Of a stretch of DNA of 64,000 nt, positions 1 through 12,577 are shown piece by piece. Both the position numbers and the translations under genes were made by a program. Under the pieces are notes generated by a model. The model was not told the DNA's origin. It searched no databases and saw only the letters and a list, made by a program, of their open reading frames with translations. Position 1 is the stretch's first letter; the number at the start of each line of letters is the position of its first letter. Source of the DNA: Syncephalis fuscata S228 (Eukaryota > Fungi > Zoopagomycota); contig JAHLTZ010000006.1 in assembly GCA_025786725.1 (NCBI GenBank), positions 558,001-622,000 on the forward strand. Direction: 5' to 3'.

Positions 1-3000
1 ATCCATCGTGCTGCAGGTCGGGTGTTGTTCTACGTTAGTGCATCCAACTGGCCGGTAGTATTTGCCCGACTTAAAGCACGCATTGCTGTATTGGCCCAGA
101 CATCAGACGAAAATGCCGATACAGGTGAAGTACGACTATTAGAATGGTGTAATTTGAATTCACGTCGATTGTCAATGGTACTGCAAGGTAAATAGATAGA
201 ATCGACTATCATTAATTAGCATTTATCGTCTAATACATGCTTGTTTTAGAACTTGGTACAGTTTTTCTTCAAATGAAACGTTCAGCACAACAAGTTACTG
301 CTGTTGTATTAAGACGGTCTATTTGGAACTGGATTGAGGTTTATCCAATGGATTTCGCTCAACTATGTCGTTCACAAAAGCGACTTGAAGGTGGTCCAGA
401 AATTTTATTTGATCAGTGTAACTCGGTTGCCGATAGTCATCGACGTAAAATGGTATTTTGGCCATTACAAGCAATGCTACTTGTCCTCTGTCCGGATATT
501 TTATTGAATATTGTAGAATCGGATTTGATTAAAACGACAAAGAAAACACTATTCCTTGATTCATTAAAAAAGTCGTTAAAAAGCAACAAATCGGCTGAAG
601 TTGCCGCCATTGCTTGTGTTGATTTGTGTAAAGCAGCCACTTACACTAATCGAGAAGAACAATTGGCACTTTCGACCATTGTAACTGATATAGAGAATGA
701 ATTACGCGTAAGTAGTATTTTGCACACCAAATACAATAATCTAATCTGATTTAATTTAATTTAATTAGGATAAATTATTTGACCCACAAAGACCATTCCT
801 TACTATGAGTGGCGCGATTGATCAACGTTTAATGACCGAATGTTTAACAGCTTTATTTCGCTCAAGTCCCCACAGCACACTTGAGTCGCTAATTCCTATT
901 TGTTTGAACGACAATACACATACCGTATTTCGACTTGTACTAGTAAAAAGTTGCTATCTAATTGCATCAGAAAAACAGCTAGCTTGGAATCCAACCATTT
1001 CTAGTATGTATTCCGTGTTGGCCACACCACTTCGCCTATTACTGTTGCAGTCAAATATGTCACATGGACAAGAAGGTGCCATGTCATCGGCACCTAGGGG
1101 TGCTACAAATAACCGTGGACCATTTGAACGTAGATTTGGTCGACGAGCACAAGTAGCCGCTCTTTTGGCCGAAGAAGCCAGTGAACGACACGAAATTGTA
1201 CTTAATATTCTTAAACTATACCGCACTGATCCACAGCTGGCCGTCTTTAACCAGAATCCGCATACGCAATATGAAGAGAATTGTAATCTTATTACGGCAA
1301 TTACTAGCTGGCTACACGATCCAGATCCATTGATTCGTACTAACGCTGCAGAGGCATTGCTTGAATTGCACAAACCGGCCTTTATTAATCAATGGGGACC
1401 ACCGCATCTTATTATGAAATCATTTTGGAGTATTAGTTCACAGGTAATGCTGGCGGTGGCCCGACATATTCTTAACTTTAAGGAGCGTGAAGATGGTACA
1501 AGATATGCACTGGAATTATTGCAACAATTACTTGTACGACGTAATGAATTTCTTCGTGAACACCAAGAGCACTGCACAGTAGGCATGGAAATACCAGATC
1601 GTCTTAATGCTTCAGTAGCATTGGAAATTGTACTGTTAGTGCTATTATGTTCAGCCGAAACAGAGATTTGCAGTAATGCTGTAGCATGCTTTAATCATCT
1701 GGTTACTGAGGCTTATTATACCGAAGAAGCCGAAGATCCACAACATGCACAATTGACCATTGTGGAGAATCTTCGCGTCTACATGGAATTGGCCTCTTCA
1801 GGCGGATTGGTAACTGGACGAGTTGCACAACAGAAACGAATTCGTAAAATGCTACGAATGATGGATCGACAAACACCTGGCAATCAAGCGGCTTGGGAAG
1901 AAGCGTATAAGCGATGGCGTATGTTAATGCAAGCAGTAGCTCGTCCTATTGACGAACCAGTTATTGAAGAGCCTACACGTCGTAAGGGTATATTCCAAGA
2001 TAAACTAGCAGTAGGCACTAGTGGTAATAGTACCAATATGGCCCGTTCCATCGTTGGTAATCAGCCTATGGGCGACTTTTTAGAAGTAAGCTATATAATT
2101 AGTAGTACTATAATGAGTATTAACTGCTTTATTTAGGATCGTGGCGAATGGCACAATTATACAGGATTTCTATGTGCACTTGGTGGCTGTTGTTTAAACG
2201 ATACCAATATTACAAATTCAGCTTCATCACGACGATCTAATGATCCAAATCAAATGATTAGTCGCTTTATACACGAAATGGTAGAATTATTAGTATGTGA
2301 GAATGTTGTCGTACGTGAAGTGGTACAACAAACACTAGGTGCCGATCTGAGTCCGGCATTATATGGCATTCTATTTACACAACTGGAACATGAAGTCGAT
2401 CGATTTCTTACCACTGATAATGAAACATATTGCAGCGATAGGAACACGCTATTTGTAGAACAGGCCATCTCGGTTATTAAGCTCATTCTTGAACGTATGG
2501 AAACGACCAATCAAAGTTTATTAGCGGTTGATTTGGGCAAACTAATACTAAGCTTTGCTCAGTATCTTAACCGTATTAATATGAACGCTGTTGTATTGCG
2601 CATCAAGATTAAGATGTGTCAGCTTTGTGAAATACTAATGGCCAAAAAGGACTTTTTATCCTTGCGTCAAGAAATTAAATTCCGTAATCAAGTATTGGAG
2701 TTTACTATTGAATGGACATCGGATTTCACTAGTAAAACAGATAGTGGTCAACCATCAGTAGAGGATCAAGTGGCCTTCCATCGTACAGAGAAGCTACAGC
2801 GTGATCTCGATCAAGCTTGTATGAAGTCAATTGTCAGTTTATTGGCTCAATTACCACTGCAGCCATCTGATATGGAACATGAGGCTGACGTAAGCCAGAT
2901 CAAATCACGTCTATTTTACAAATACTTTTCTTTCTTTCTTAAAGTGCTTAATCGATGCCGTGTACTTGAGGTCAGTATCTACAATTAATAGACCGTCAAT

Positions 3001-6000
3001 CATTAACATTTGAATATTTATTAGACGATTGATGCAGGTGCACATACAACAAAAAATAGCCACGATTTACAAGTATTACTACAACAGGTAAAATGATGAT
3101 TAATAGTGGTATTAGTATTAGTATTAATTATTAACAACTATATAGTCACGAGAAGCGGTTAGAGATCTGGCTCCATTGAAAGATTACACTATTTTAGCAT
3201 TATCAAATCTATTAAGCGCCAATATTGAATCAGGCTTAAAATATTCATTATCTATGGGTTATCATGATGATCCAAAGACACGTACCGCCTTTATGCAAGT
3301 ATTAACAAATATTTTATATCAAGGTGCAGAATTTGAAGGATTAGCCGAAAATGTTAAGAATGATCGTTATGATAAATTGGTCGAGGTAAGTATTTATTTA
3401 TATATAAAATAATTGATTAATTGATTTTCATTTATTTATTTATTTCTAGTTACTTACCGACTCGGAATTATGTATTGCCTTATCGTTGTGTGAAGTCTGT
3501 CCAGTAGCCGATATTGAAACAGTTGGTCAGCTACTATTAACTGCAGTTGAAACACGTGGTGAAACCATTCGATTATTACAATATGTCATTGAACGTGAAT
3601 TGGCACGTACAGGTAATTAATATACAAAAAAAACATTTTAATAGATACAAATTATTTAATCGATTATTATTATTATTATTGTTATTGTTGTTATAGAAAC
3701 GGCCGCTGAAGTATTTAGACGTAATTGTATGGCTACTAAATTGATGGCATTTTATGCACGTATGTATGGATCAGAGTATTTACGAGTTACACTTCAGCCA
3801 CTTATTCAAGAACTCGTTGACAATTCGCAACGATGGACACTTGAACTTGATCCATCAAAACTACCACCTGGTACAGACACTAAACGTAATTTGGTCAATT
3901 TACGTGAAATGTCTCAACGATTCTTGGATGTCATTGTGACATCCACGGATAAAATGCCTCGTCAATTACGAGAGATTTGTCACTTTTTAAGTTCAGTTGT
4001 GAATGAACGATTCCCCAAGGCGAAATTGACAGCTGTGGGTGGCTTTATCTTTTTACGTTTCTTTTGTCCAGCGATCGTGTCACCTGAAACACACAATCTC
4101 GCTCAGCCTGTACGCAATAAGGAAGTGCGTCGTGGCCTATTGCTTATTACCAAGGTTATTCAGAATCTGGCTAATCAAGTATTATTCGGTACTAAAGAGA
4201 CGTTTATGACTTCATTAAACGACTTTTTGGACAAGAATATGGGCGTGGTCAAAAAGTTTTTAAAAGATATTTCCGAGCCAGTCAATTCAATGAATAGCTC
4301 TCCTGCCGTCATTGAATTAGGACGTGTAAATACAGCTACCAGTGCTCTTTCACCCACTAGTGCTACTTCATCGTCATCGACCAGTCGTCTTAGTGAAGCA
4401 GATTTAATTCAACTTCATAAGGCCCTATATGACAATCAAGAGCGAATTAGTCGTGAAGTGGCAGCACGCCGATCTGGCCCACGATCATTAATGGTACGGG
4501 CTGACGGTAGCACCATCGACCAGGAAACTTATCAAACGGCGGCCAAACGAGCCTATGAAAAGCTATCCACAGTATTGGCCCAATTAGGACCACCGCCCGA
4601 TGTTCCTCAATTGGAACCGGTAATGCCTAGTGGAACGCGCTATGGTGCAGCCAATGAACTGTTCCGTGAATTCATGCAACGTAATGCACATCGTAATGTG
4701 GATAGTATTCGCTCTAAGCGTATATTCTATGAAGGCGGTGTATCAAAGGTGATTTAACTGATTAATAGATAAATTACCATGATCTAATAATGATGATATT
4801 TATAGGATAAAAATCCGGTATTCTATTTCATTGCACGTCGATTGATTATTGAAATGACAGATATGGAATTGTTTATTTACTTTGTTTTACATGTAAGTGA
4901 ATAGACATTAATTAGCTAATTAATTAATCATTAATTATTAATTAACTTTTATTTAGTCATTGGAACCAAAATTGGGCAAGCCATTTGAAATAGTAATTGA
5001 TCTTACACATTTTGGACAGCAGAATGAAGTACAAGAACAGTGGATTACTCAGTTTTTACAAGTTCTTCCATTTAACGCAGAACAGAATTTATCATCTGTC
5101 TATTTGTACAACGTATGTACCAAGTTTAAAAAGTTCTCTAAACGTCTACCTCGCTCTGTGAGTAGTCGACTATCCAAGAAGGGCGTGTTTATATCCACTA
5201 TGAATGAACTGTATGAACATATTATTTCTTCAGAAGTTCGTCTTCCAAAGGCTACAGGTAATTATTATCTATTGGCACTTATAATTGACTAATTATTAAT
5301 ATAAAATATAAAATATTTAGTTTCATTGGATGTGGAACCGGCTAAAGTATTTTCACCTGTAACGAAGATTGCACATTACAAATTGCCAATGCCAACGGTA
5401 ATGAAGATTACACAGGATCATGTTCAAGTGACATCGGTAAGTTTAACGGCTCATTTATTGCTAAAAATACTAATTGATTGAATGATTAATTAGTTACGTA
5501 AACAAGAAATTCTTGGCGTTAGTGCCATTTTCAATGATGTCTATCGTATTTCTGATATTGACGATGTTCTATTAATGGTACATCGAAGTGATGATAGTGC
5601 TGTCGTTATTAAATATGATCGTGGTAATGCATCACTTACATTCTGTAGTTCTAAAGCAGAAGCCATATTTCAAGTAAGTATAGTAGTCTATTGTTGGTGT
5701 ATATATATATATATATATAGCATCACTAATATATATACAATGATTGATATGTAATTAGAGTATTCGAAGTGCACGTCACGACAGGAACTTATTAAACCAA
5801 CGAATATTTCTGAACGTGTTATTCGTCCCAGTGATGTTCCAGGAACGCTACTTAACATGGCACTGCTTAATTTGGGCAGTGGCGATGCCAATCTAAGATC
5901 TGCTTCATACAATTTACTATACTCGCTATGTGTCACCTTTAATTTCAGCACAGAAAGCCAGCTATTAAGCGTTAAAGGTAATAATAATAATAATAATACA

Positions 6001-8341
6001 ATTAACCATTATTATATTGCATACTAAGCGTCATATAGGCATGTGCATTCCTGCCAATAGCGGATCGTTTGTCAAAGCAATTAGTGAAAAGCTAGCTAGT
6101 ACAGAACCACATTTAACATTGGAATTCCTAAGTGAATGCTTTGTCGGTCTTAACAAGTCTAGTAAGCCATTAAAGAGCTTCTGTCTAGAGTACATGACCC
6201 CATGGCTGGCTAATCTTGATCGCTTTATTCACGTCGGTAATGATGACAGTCAGCGTGGTCTTACCAAAGTGAACGAGCTATTGCACCAACTGATTGACCT
6301 GACAGTCAAGAAACGGAAATGTATCCAGTCGTAAAAACATATGTGTGGACACCATTAGGCCGTATGGATGATATGATTCCATTAATATTAGACGCATTTG
6401 TACCATATGCAGTTGAACGTGGTTTTAGTTCACAACAAGCTGAAGTAATGGCTAATACTACAGTCACACTTCTTCATATAGTGTACGCGGTAAATTAATT
6501 GCTCGTTTACGCAAGGTAATTTATTATAATACGGTATTTAATAGTTATTAATGCTTATATACATATACATATACATATTATATATATATATATATATATA
6601 TAGGTTATTGCCAATACATCATTGAAACCAAAGCGTTCTCTGACTGAGCATGAATCGTGGAACGAGATTGCCGTACTTATTCGCTTTCTGTTAATGATGT
6701 CATTTGATAACCGATTGCATGTACTGCAATATCTACCAGAATTATTCCATATTGTTTCGTTAGTTGCAGCCACTGGACCAGGCATGATTCGGGCCTCTGT
6801 ACACGGAATTATTATTAATATCGTTCAATCGCTATGTACGTCATTACAGCTGGATAGTGATAATTTACGTACGGTAAAGTTCTTATTAAGTGAGCTATCT
6901 GAACCAAAATCACTATTGCTATTTGGTCTAAATCGTACAAGTGGCAATGCTTTCATGCGTAGTATGGAGGCTACTACCGATACTCGGGAAGCCATGCCAC
7001 TTACATCTCTTGAAACGATTGTCCGTATGTTGTTGGATGTTATGATATCAGGTGCTCCAAATACAGGTAAGCTATTGACTAGAATATACTAGAAAAAGAA
7101 GCATAATTAATTATGTTATCTATTTTATTTACTTTAGAATATGCCAATGCTTGGAGAGCACGTTGGATGAGTCTTGTAGCCAGTACAGCCTTCCAATTTA
7201 ATCCAGCTATTCAGCCACGTGCCTTTGTGGTACTCGGTTGTCTAGCCCATGCTGCAGTCGATGACGATCTACTCTATCAGATTCTAGTGGCCCTTAAAGG
7301 TGCTTTATCGCTATTTGAGGAAGGCGACTGCAATTTAATTGTTAGCATTGTTATGTGTCTAACCAGCATTGCTGAGAACTTGGATGGCAGTTCAAAATAC
7401 TTACAGCAACTGTTCTGGCTGGCCATTGCTCTTATTCAAATTGGCCATGTACCATTATTCCCAAGTGCATTGAATCTGATGGAAGTTGTATTACAAACAC
7501 TTGAAGATAATGGATTCTTCCATGAAGAATTACCGGCTGACTTTCTACTCCGTGCCCGTGAATCGCTATTTGAAGACATTGGCTACGAGAATAGCAATGA
7601 TGACAACACATTGTCGAGCGGTGTGGAGAAGCGGCCACATGTCAACGATATGTTTACCACCAACTTTCCATTTGCCGTGGCCACACCGTGCTTAAGGGTC
7701 TAAAACACTCGCAAACCATTACGGCCACCACGGATGCACTTACTACCTTTTTGGAGATTAGCGCACAAGAACCGAGTAAAACGGTGGATCCCAATTTACT
7801 TGGTTATTTAGCACCATTATTACCAGGTGCAGCACGTAATTCGGCCCTTAAAGATCTATTTTGGATTAGTGCGGTGGAAAGCGACTTTGAGAACACGGAA
7901 GGTGAACAAACTTATCATTGTCTCTTTGACAAGCTAGCCATTCCTGATCAAACGACAGCGATGCTACTGGTGGCCCTTATGATCACTATGCTTAATAGTG
8001 CCGAGTATGAAGCGGAACAACTATTCCTTTATGGCTTTTTGGCTGAAGCAGCCACTGCAATGCCTCAAGTATTTGCCATGTTCTACGATAGTCTACTACC
8101 CAAGATGAATCAAATGCTGTGCAATAGTCAAGTAGTACCGATTATCGAGTCGATTCAATCGATTCTATTTACCATGGTATCATCGCCCTACTTGAAAGGA
8201 CAACGAGCACAACGAGCACCCCTCGATGAACTTGGCTTTGGTGGTCTGGCCGAGAGTGGTTCATTCCAACACGTAACGCGTGCTCAAAAGAAAACGGCAG
8301 CTGATTTGGCCAGTCGTACCGTTGAACGTATGGTAACCTAA
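1..8341 (+). CDS. NF1: Neurofibromin/Ira-type Ras GTPase-activating protein (5' end outside window; many GT-AG introns)
   Basis: RasGAP signature GGFIFLRFFCPAIVSP and KVIQNLAN. Sec14/CRAL-TRIO-like and PH-like segments follow. NF1-typical motifs RPSDVPGTLLNMALLNLGS, EPHLTLEFL and FQFNPAIQPRAFVVLGCL. ORFs join through gt...ag introns. Apparent single-base deletions near 6310-6345, 6472 and 7686. Stop at 8339-8341. Confidence 0.95.
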
Positions 8342-8582
8342 AATATTATTTTTACTTTCTACTTGGCTTCACCTATTTTGCCATTACTACTACTATTACT
8401 ACTACTATTACTACTACAATAGTTATAGTAGAGTGGCAACACTTAATAAGATGTTGTGTGTGTGTGATTCAATACTATTCTTAAATATCGCACCAAATTT
8501 CAATTTGTTTATGTTTTATTCACTATCTTTGTTTTGAAATAACAATGAATATAATTTCTATAACTATATGTATCAATTATCA

Positions 8583-11500
8583 TTATACTATTGTTGCTTG
8601 TCCGTATAGACTAGCGTATGTGCTATTCTCTCGTGCCATTAATTCTTTATGTGTTCCTATATTAGTTGGTAGTGTCAGTTGGTAGTTGTCAATACAACTA
8701 TACAGTTGTTGCTATAGTCATGCCAGTTACCTTGTTCTAGAATATTACCGGGTACATTACCCATAACAATAATTTGATCTATATACATTAAATAGTTACA
8801 TGTTATTAATGATTAGACTATTGGTCAATAGCATGTTAATTACCGGCATGCTCAATGGTTGATAGTCGATGTGCAATGACCAATACCGTTCTTCCTCTCA
8901 TTACTTGAGTTAACGCAGCCTGAACAGCTTGTTCAGATTGTGCTATTATTGTTTAACCGTTAATATGGCCAATTATGAATTATATTACACTTACCGTCTA
9001 AATAGAGTGTATATATAAAATACAAATAATTGTATAAATAGTAATGCTGTGTAATTTCAATTTACTTACCAAGAGCACTTGTTGCTTCATCCAAAATAAG
9101 AATCTATAGTAAAATATTAATAGTGTTAACAATGCTATTACTATGATTATAATTATTATTATTTACCTTTGGATCTTTAAGTAAAGCACGAGCAATAGCA
9201 ATTCGCTGTTTCTGACCTGGATAAATTAATGTTAATATAATAATAATTATTATTATTATTATTGACTTACCACCAGATAAAGTAACACCTCGTTCACCAA
9301 TTTGTGTCGCATAACCATATGGGAAACGATTAATAAAACCATCGGCATGTGCTCGATATGCTGCCTCTTCTACTTCAGCATCAGTTGCATCAGGTCGGCC
9401 ATATCGAATATTATCGGCAATACTACCGGCAAATAATGTGGGTTCCTGATGGATATAACCAATACTGCTACGCAACATAGCAGGATCCAACTCTTGGATA
9501 TTACGTCCATCAAGCATTACCTCGCCATTGTCGGGATCATAAAATCGTTCTAATAGTGCGGCTACCGTCGATTTACCACCACCAGATAGACCGCATAGAG
9601 CAACTGTTTGACCAGCTGGTACATGTAGATTAAATCCAGTCAGTACTGAATGCTGTGCCCGTGTAGGATAAGTGAAGTGAATATTATTAAAATGAATATC
9701 GCCTAAATAGTATGTTAATGGCTATCATAATAAAGTATTAGTATATCGTATATCATCTACCTTGCACGACACCAAGTTGTTCACCACCACGAATAGGAAT
9801 GGTTGAACGTAGACTTAGACACTCGAAACAACGTGATGCTGCACCGGTAGCCTTGATAGCTTGACCGGCTAGTGCACCAAGTGATACTAGAAGACACACA
9901 TTAATTAATTAAATAGATTTGGGTACAAAAGTAATAAATTTACCTAATGATTTCTGTGTACTTTGTACCGATAACAAATAGCTATCGTCATTTATAAATA
10001 ATGGTTAGGATAATATGATTCATTATGCAATAGAAATAACTCACGTCATAAGATCACCACCGGTCATGTCACCGCGTACCACAAGTGAGCCACCGTAATA
10101 AAGTACCATAAGCACCATGGATCCGATGGATAAGTTGGTTAAACCTTTAAATACACGGTTACAATTGTACAATAGGTGAAGTAAAATGATTTACCTTGGA
10201 ATAGACCAATATGAAAGGCCAATTTGGTATTAGCACTAGATGCTCGATCACCCACGCGTGCAAATCGATCCAGTTCAAATGGTTCAGCTGCAAATGAACG
10301 TACAGTGCGTACATTGCCAACCACCTATTCTATAACGTGAGTATTTACACATAATAGTCCAATAATATAGCCTACTTCACCGACAACAGCCGATGCTTCA
10401 GTTTCTGCTAGACGAGTTCGTGCCGATAATCTGCGTAGATAGGCACCATAAGCGTTTAACAGTAAATAGATGGCCGGTAGAGAACCCGCCAGTGTAAGGG
10501 TTAATGTTGCATTTAAATGAAATAGATGGACAATACCACCCACAGAAGTAGTAATAGATTTCAGTCCCTAAATTATAGTAAATTAGTTTATAATCTTTAT
10601 CATTCTTATCATCATCAATTACATACTTGTGTGACACATTGTTTAAATGAGTGCTAATAGACACAATTACAGTGTTAGTTTGTATATTAATAAATTATAA
10701 TTACACAATCTTACTTTAAACTCGGCCACATCTTGCATTACACGTGCTGCTACTTCACCGGCTCGTTGTGCGTCAAACCATACCATATCCTGGGCCAGTA
10801 CACTGGCGTATGCCTGATTTCTAAGACGCCAGGCCACACGTTCACCAAGTAGACCTACCAAAGATATGTGTAGCCAGGTACATAGTCCTTGAAGTGCAAA
10901 TAGTCGTAATAGTTTAAAAGCTGGCACTTTGAGTGCCCGCAGTCCTATAGCGGCCAATGTACCGGCACCGCCCTCAACGGCACCGCTGGTTGTTGTCAAA
11001 TGACCAGCAATCACGTTAACAAGCTCTCCCGTAACTCCGGGGGCCATGAGACCGACGACGGCCGCCGCAAGTGCGCTTAGTGCTACAGCTAGCAGTAATG
11101 GTGCATCCGGATAAAGCAGCGCGAGTAACTGACGCCAGAATCCATGTTCGGTGCCAATATTAGCCAGAGAAGCAGCCGTGACATCATCCTCATAATTAAG
11201 ACCTTTTAATTTGCCGCTTCCTACTAAACGGTGCAAGTATCGCGATGGTATCGGTGTGGTAGCAATTGTGACCGGTGAGGAGTAAAAACCATTGGCGGTC
11301 AAAGCTTCACAGCGTACCTGCTGCACAGCACCAACGCCTAACCAGGTGAAGCCAACAACAGCCGGGAATTTGCAAACATGCCAGTAACTATTAAATAATT
11401 CTATATCTAAACTAAGCTACGTTATACACTGTTAGTTACTCGACTTACCTGAGCATTTAATTGATTATGGTAATGACCATTCATACTAATAAGTGAACAA

Positions 11501-11724
11501 ATAGCACGTTGTTTATAGTAGAAGATGGCTAGTTAGTTAGAAACAAAGTTGCGTATCTATTCATTGGCCTACCGTTGTCGACTACTGCTGAATGCACGAC
11601 TGGCTAAACCATACTGTTTGGGCTGAGCTGTAATTCTCTGCTTTTGCTGTTGTAGCAAGAAGCGTGTGCCAGATAGAAAGCTTGTTGAGCTCCTTGGTGA
11701 GCAGAGTCGTGACACGAAACTCAT
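8583..11724 (-). CDS. Mitochondrial ABCB half-transporter (ABCB8/Mdl-like), intron-rich
   Basis: Arg/Ser-rich N-terminal presequence ([16 protein letters not shown]...). ABC transmembrane region ([25 protein letters not shown]), Walker [10 protein letters not shown], signature [15 protein letters not shown], Walker [14 protein letters not shown]-loop IAHRLST. Stop TAA at 8583-8585. Confidence 0.92.
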
Positions 11725-12577
11725 GACGCAAGGAAAGAGTTAGAAAATGGAAATTAATCCATATCAGTAAAGTGGTTTATTATCGCTATTATTATATTTA
11801 GTGAGCTATTCAGCGAATAGCTAGTGAAGTCACCTATTTTATTTATATATATATAGAACAGATAGCCATTTATTTAAAAAAAACTTTATTCTAATCATGC
11901 ATTCATTATTTAAATAGGCATTTTTTATATTTAGTTGATATTGGATGGTTTATATAAAGTGTTGTTAAATACACTGCTTTCATTTATAACTTACTATTTA
12001 ATCGTTTAATATCTAGTCTCTAGCTTTATGTTTTATTTATAAGCAATTTCTTATTGTATTGCAAATTGTTGTAATCAACATTATTCCATCAATAATAGTT
12101 TGGTTTTTAGTATTATAACTAATACAAGTATTAACATTAATATATTTTTTGATGCCAATGATCAATATTGGTGCATTTTAAACATCAAATATCAGCATTA
12201 GTGCATCTTTTAACAACGATAAATATCAATAGTAACACATGTTTTAATAATGGCAATCATAATAATTGTAAATCTCACTAATAACCTTATAATTAGCGCT
12301 ATTTAACGACAGTAGTAATAACATTATTAAAATAATATGCACTAGATTCTCACTGTATTGAATCAGCCAGAATCTTTCATATCGTACACTGCAAGTTGCT
12401 ATTACAGCTGAATTCCTAGTAATTAAATAAAATATATTTATTAATACACAACAGTAATCTATACTTCATTCTATTATTTAAATTAATATATGGCATTAAT
12501 AAAATATTATATACTAGCTCAAATATTTACTCATTATAATCTTAGTGTTTTTATTAGCATTAAAAATGTTATCAATT

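Noticed and set aside
954-1586. Antisense ORFs over NF1, and similar shadow ORFs over the subtilisin, LPMO, FAM210, TENT and coiled-coil genes
   Set aside because: They overlap well-supported genes on the other strand or frame and show no protein-like motifs.
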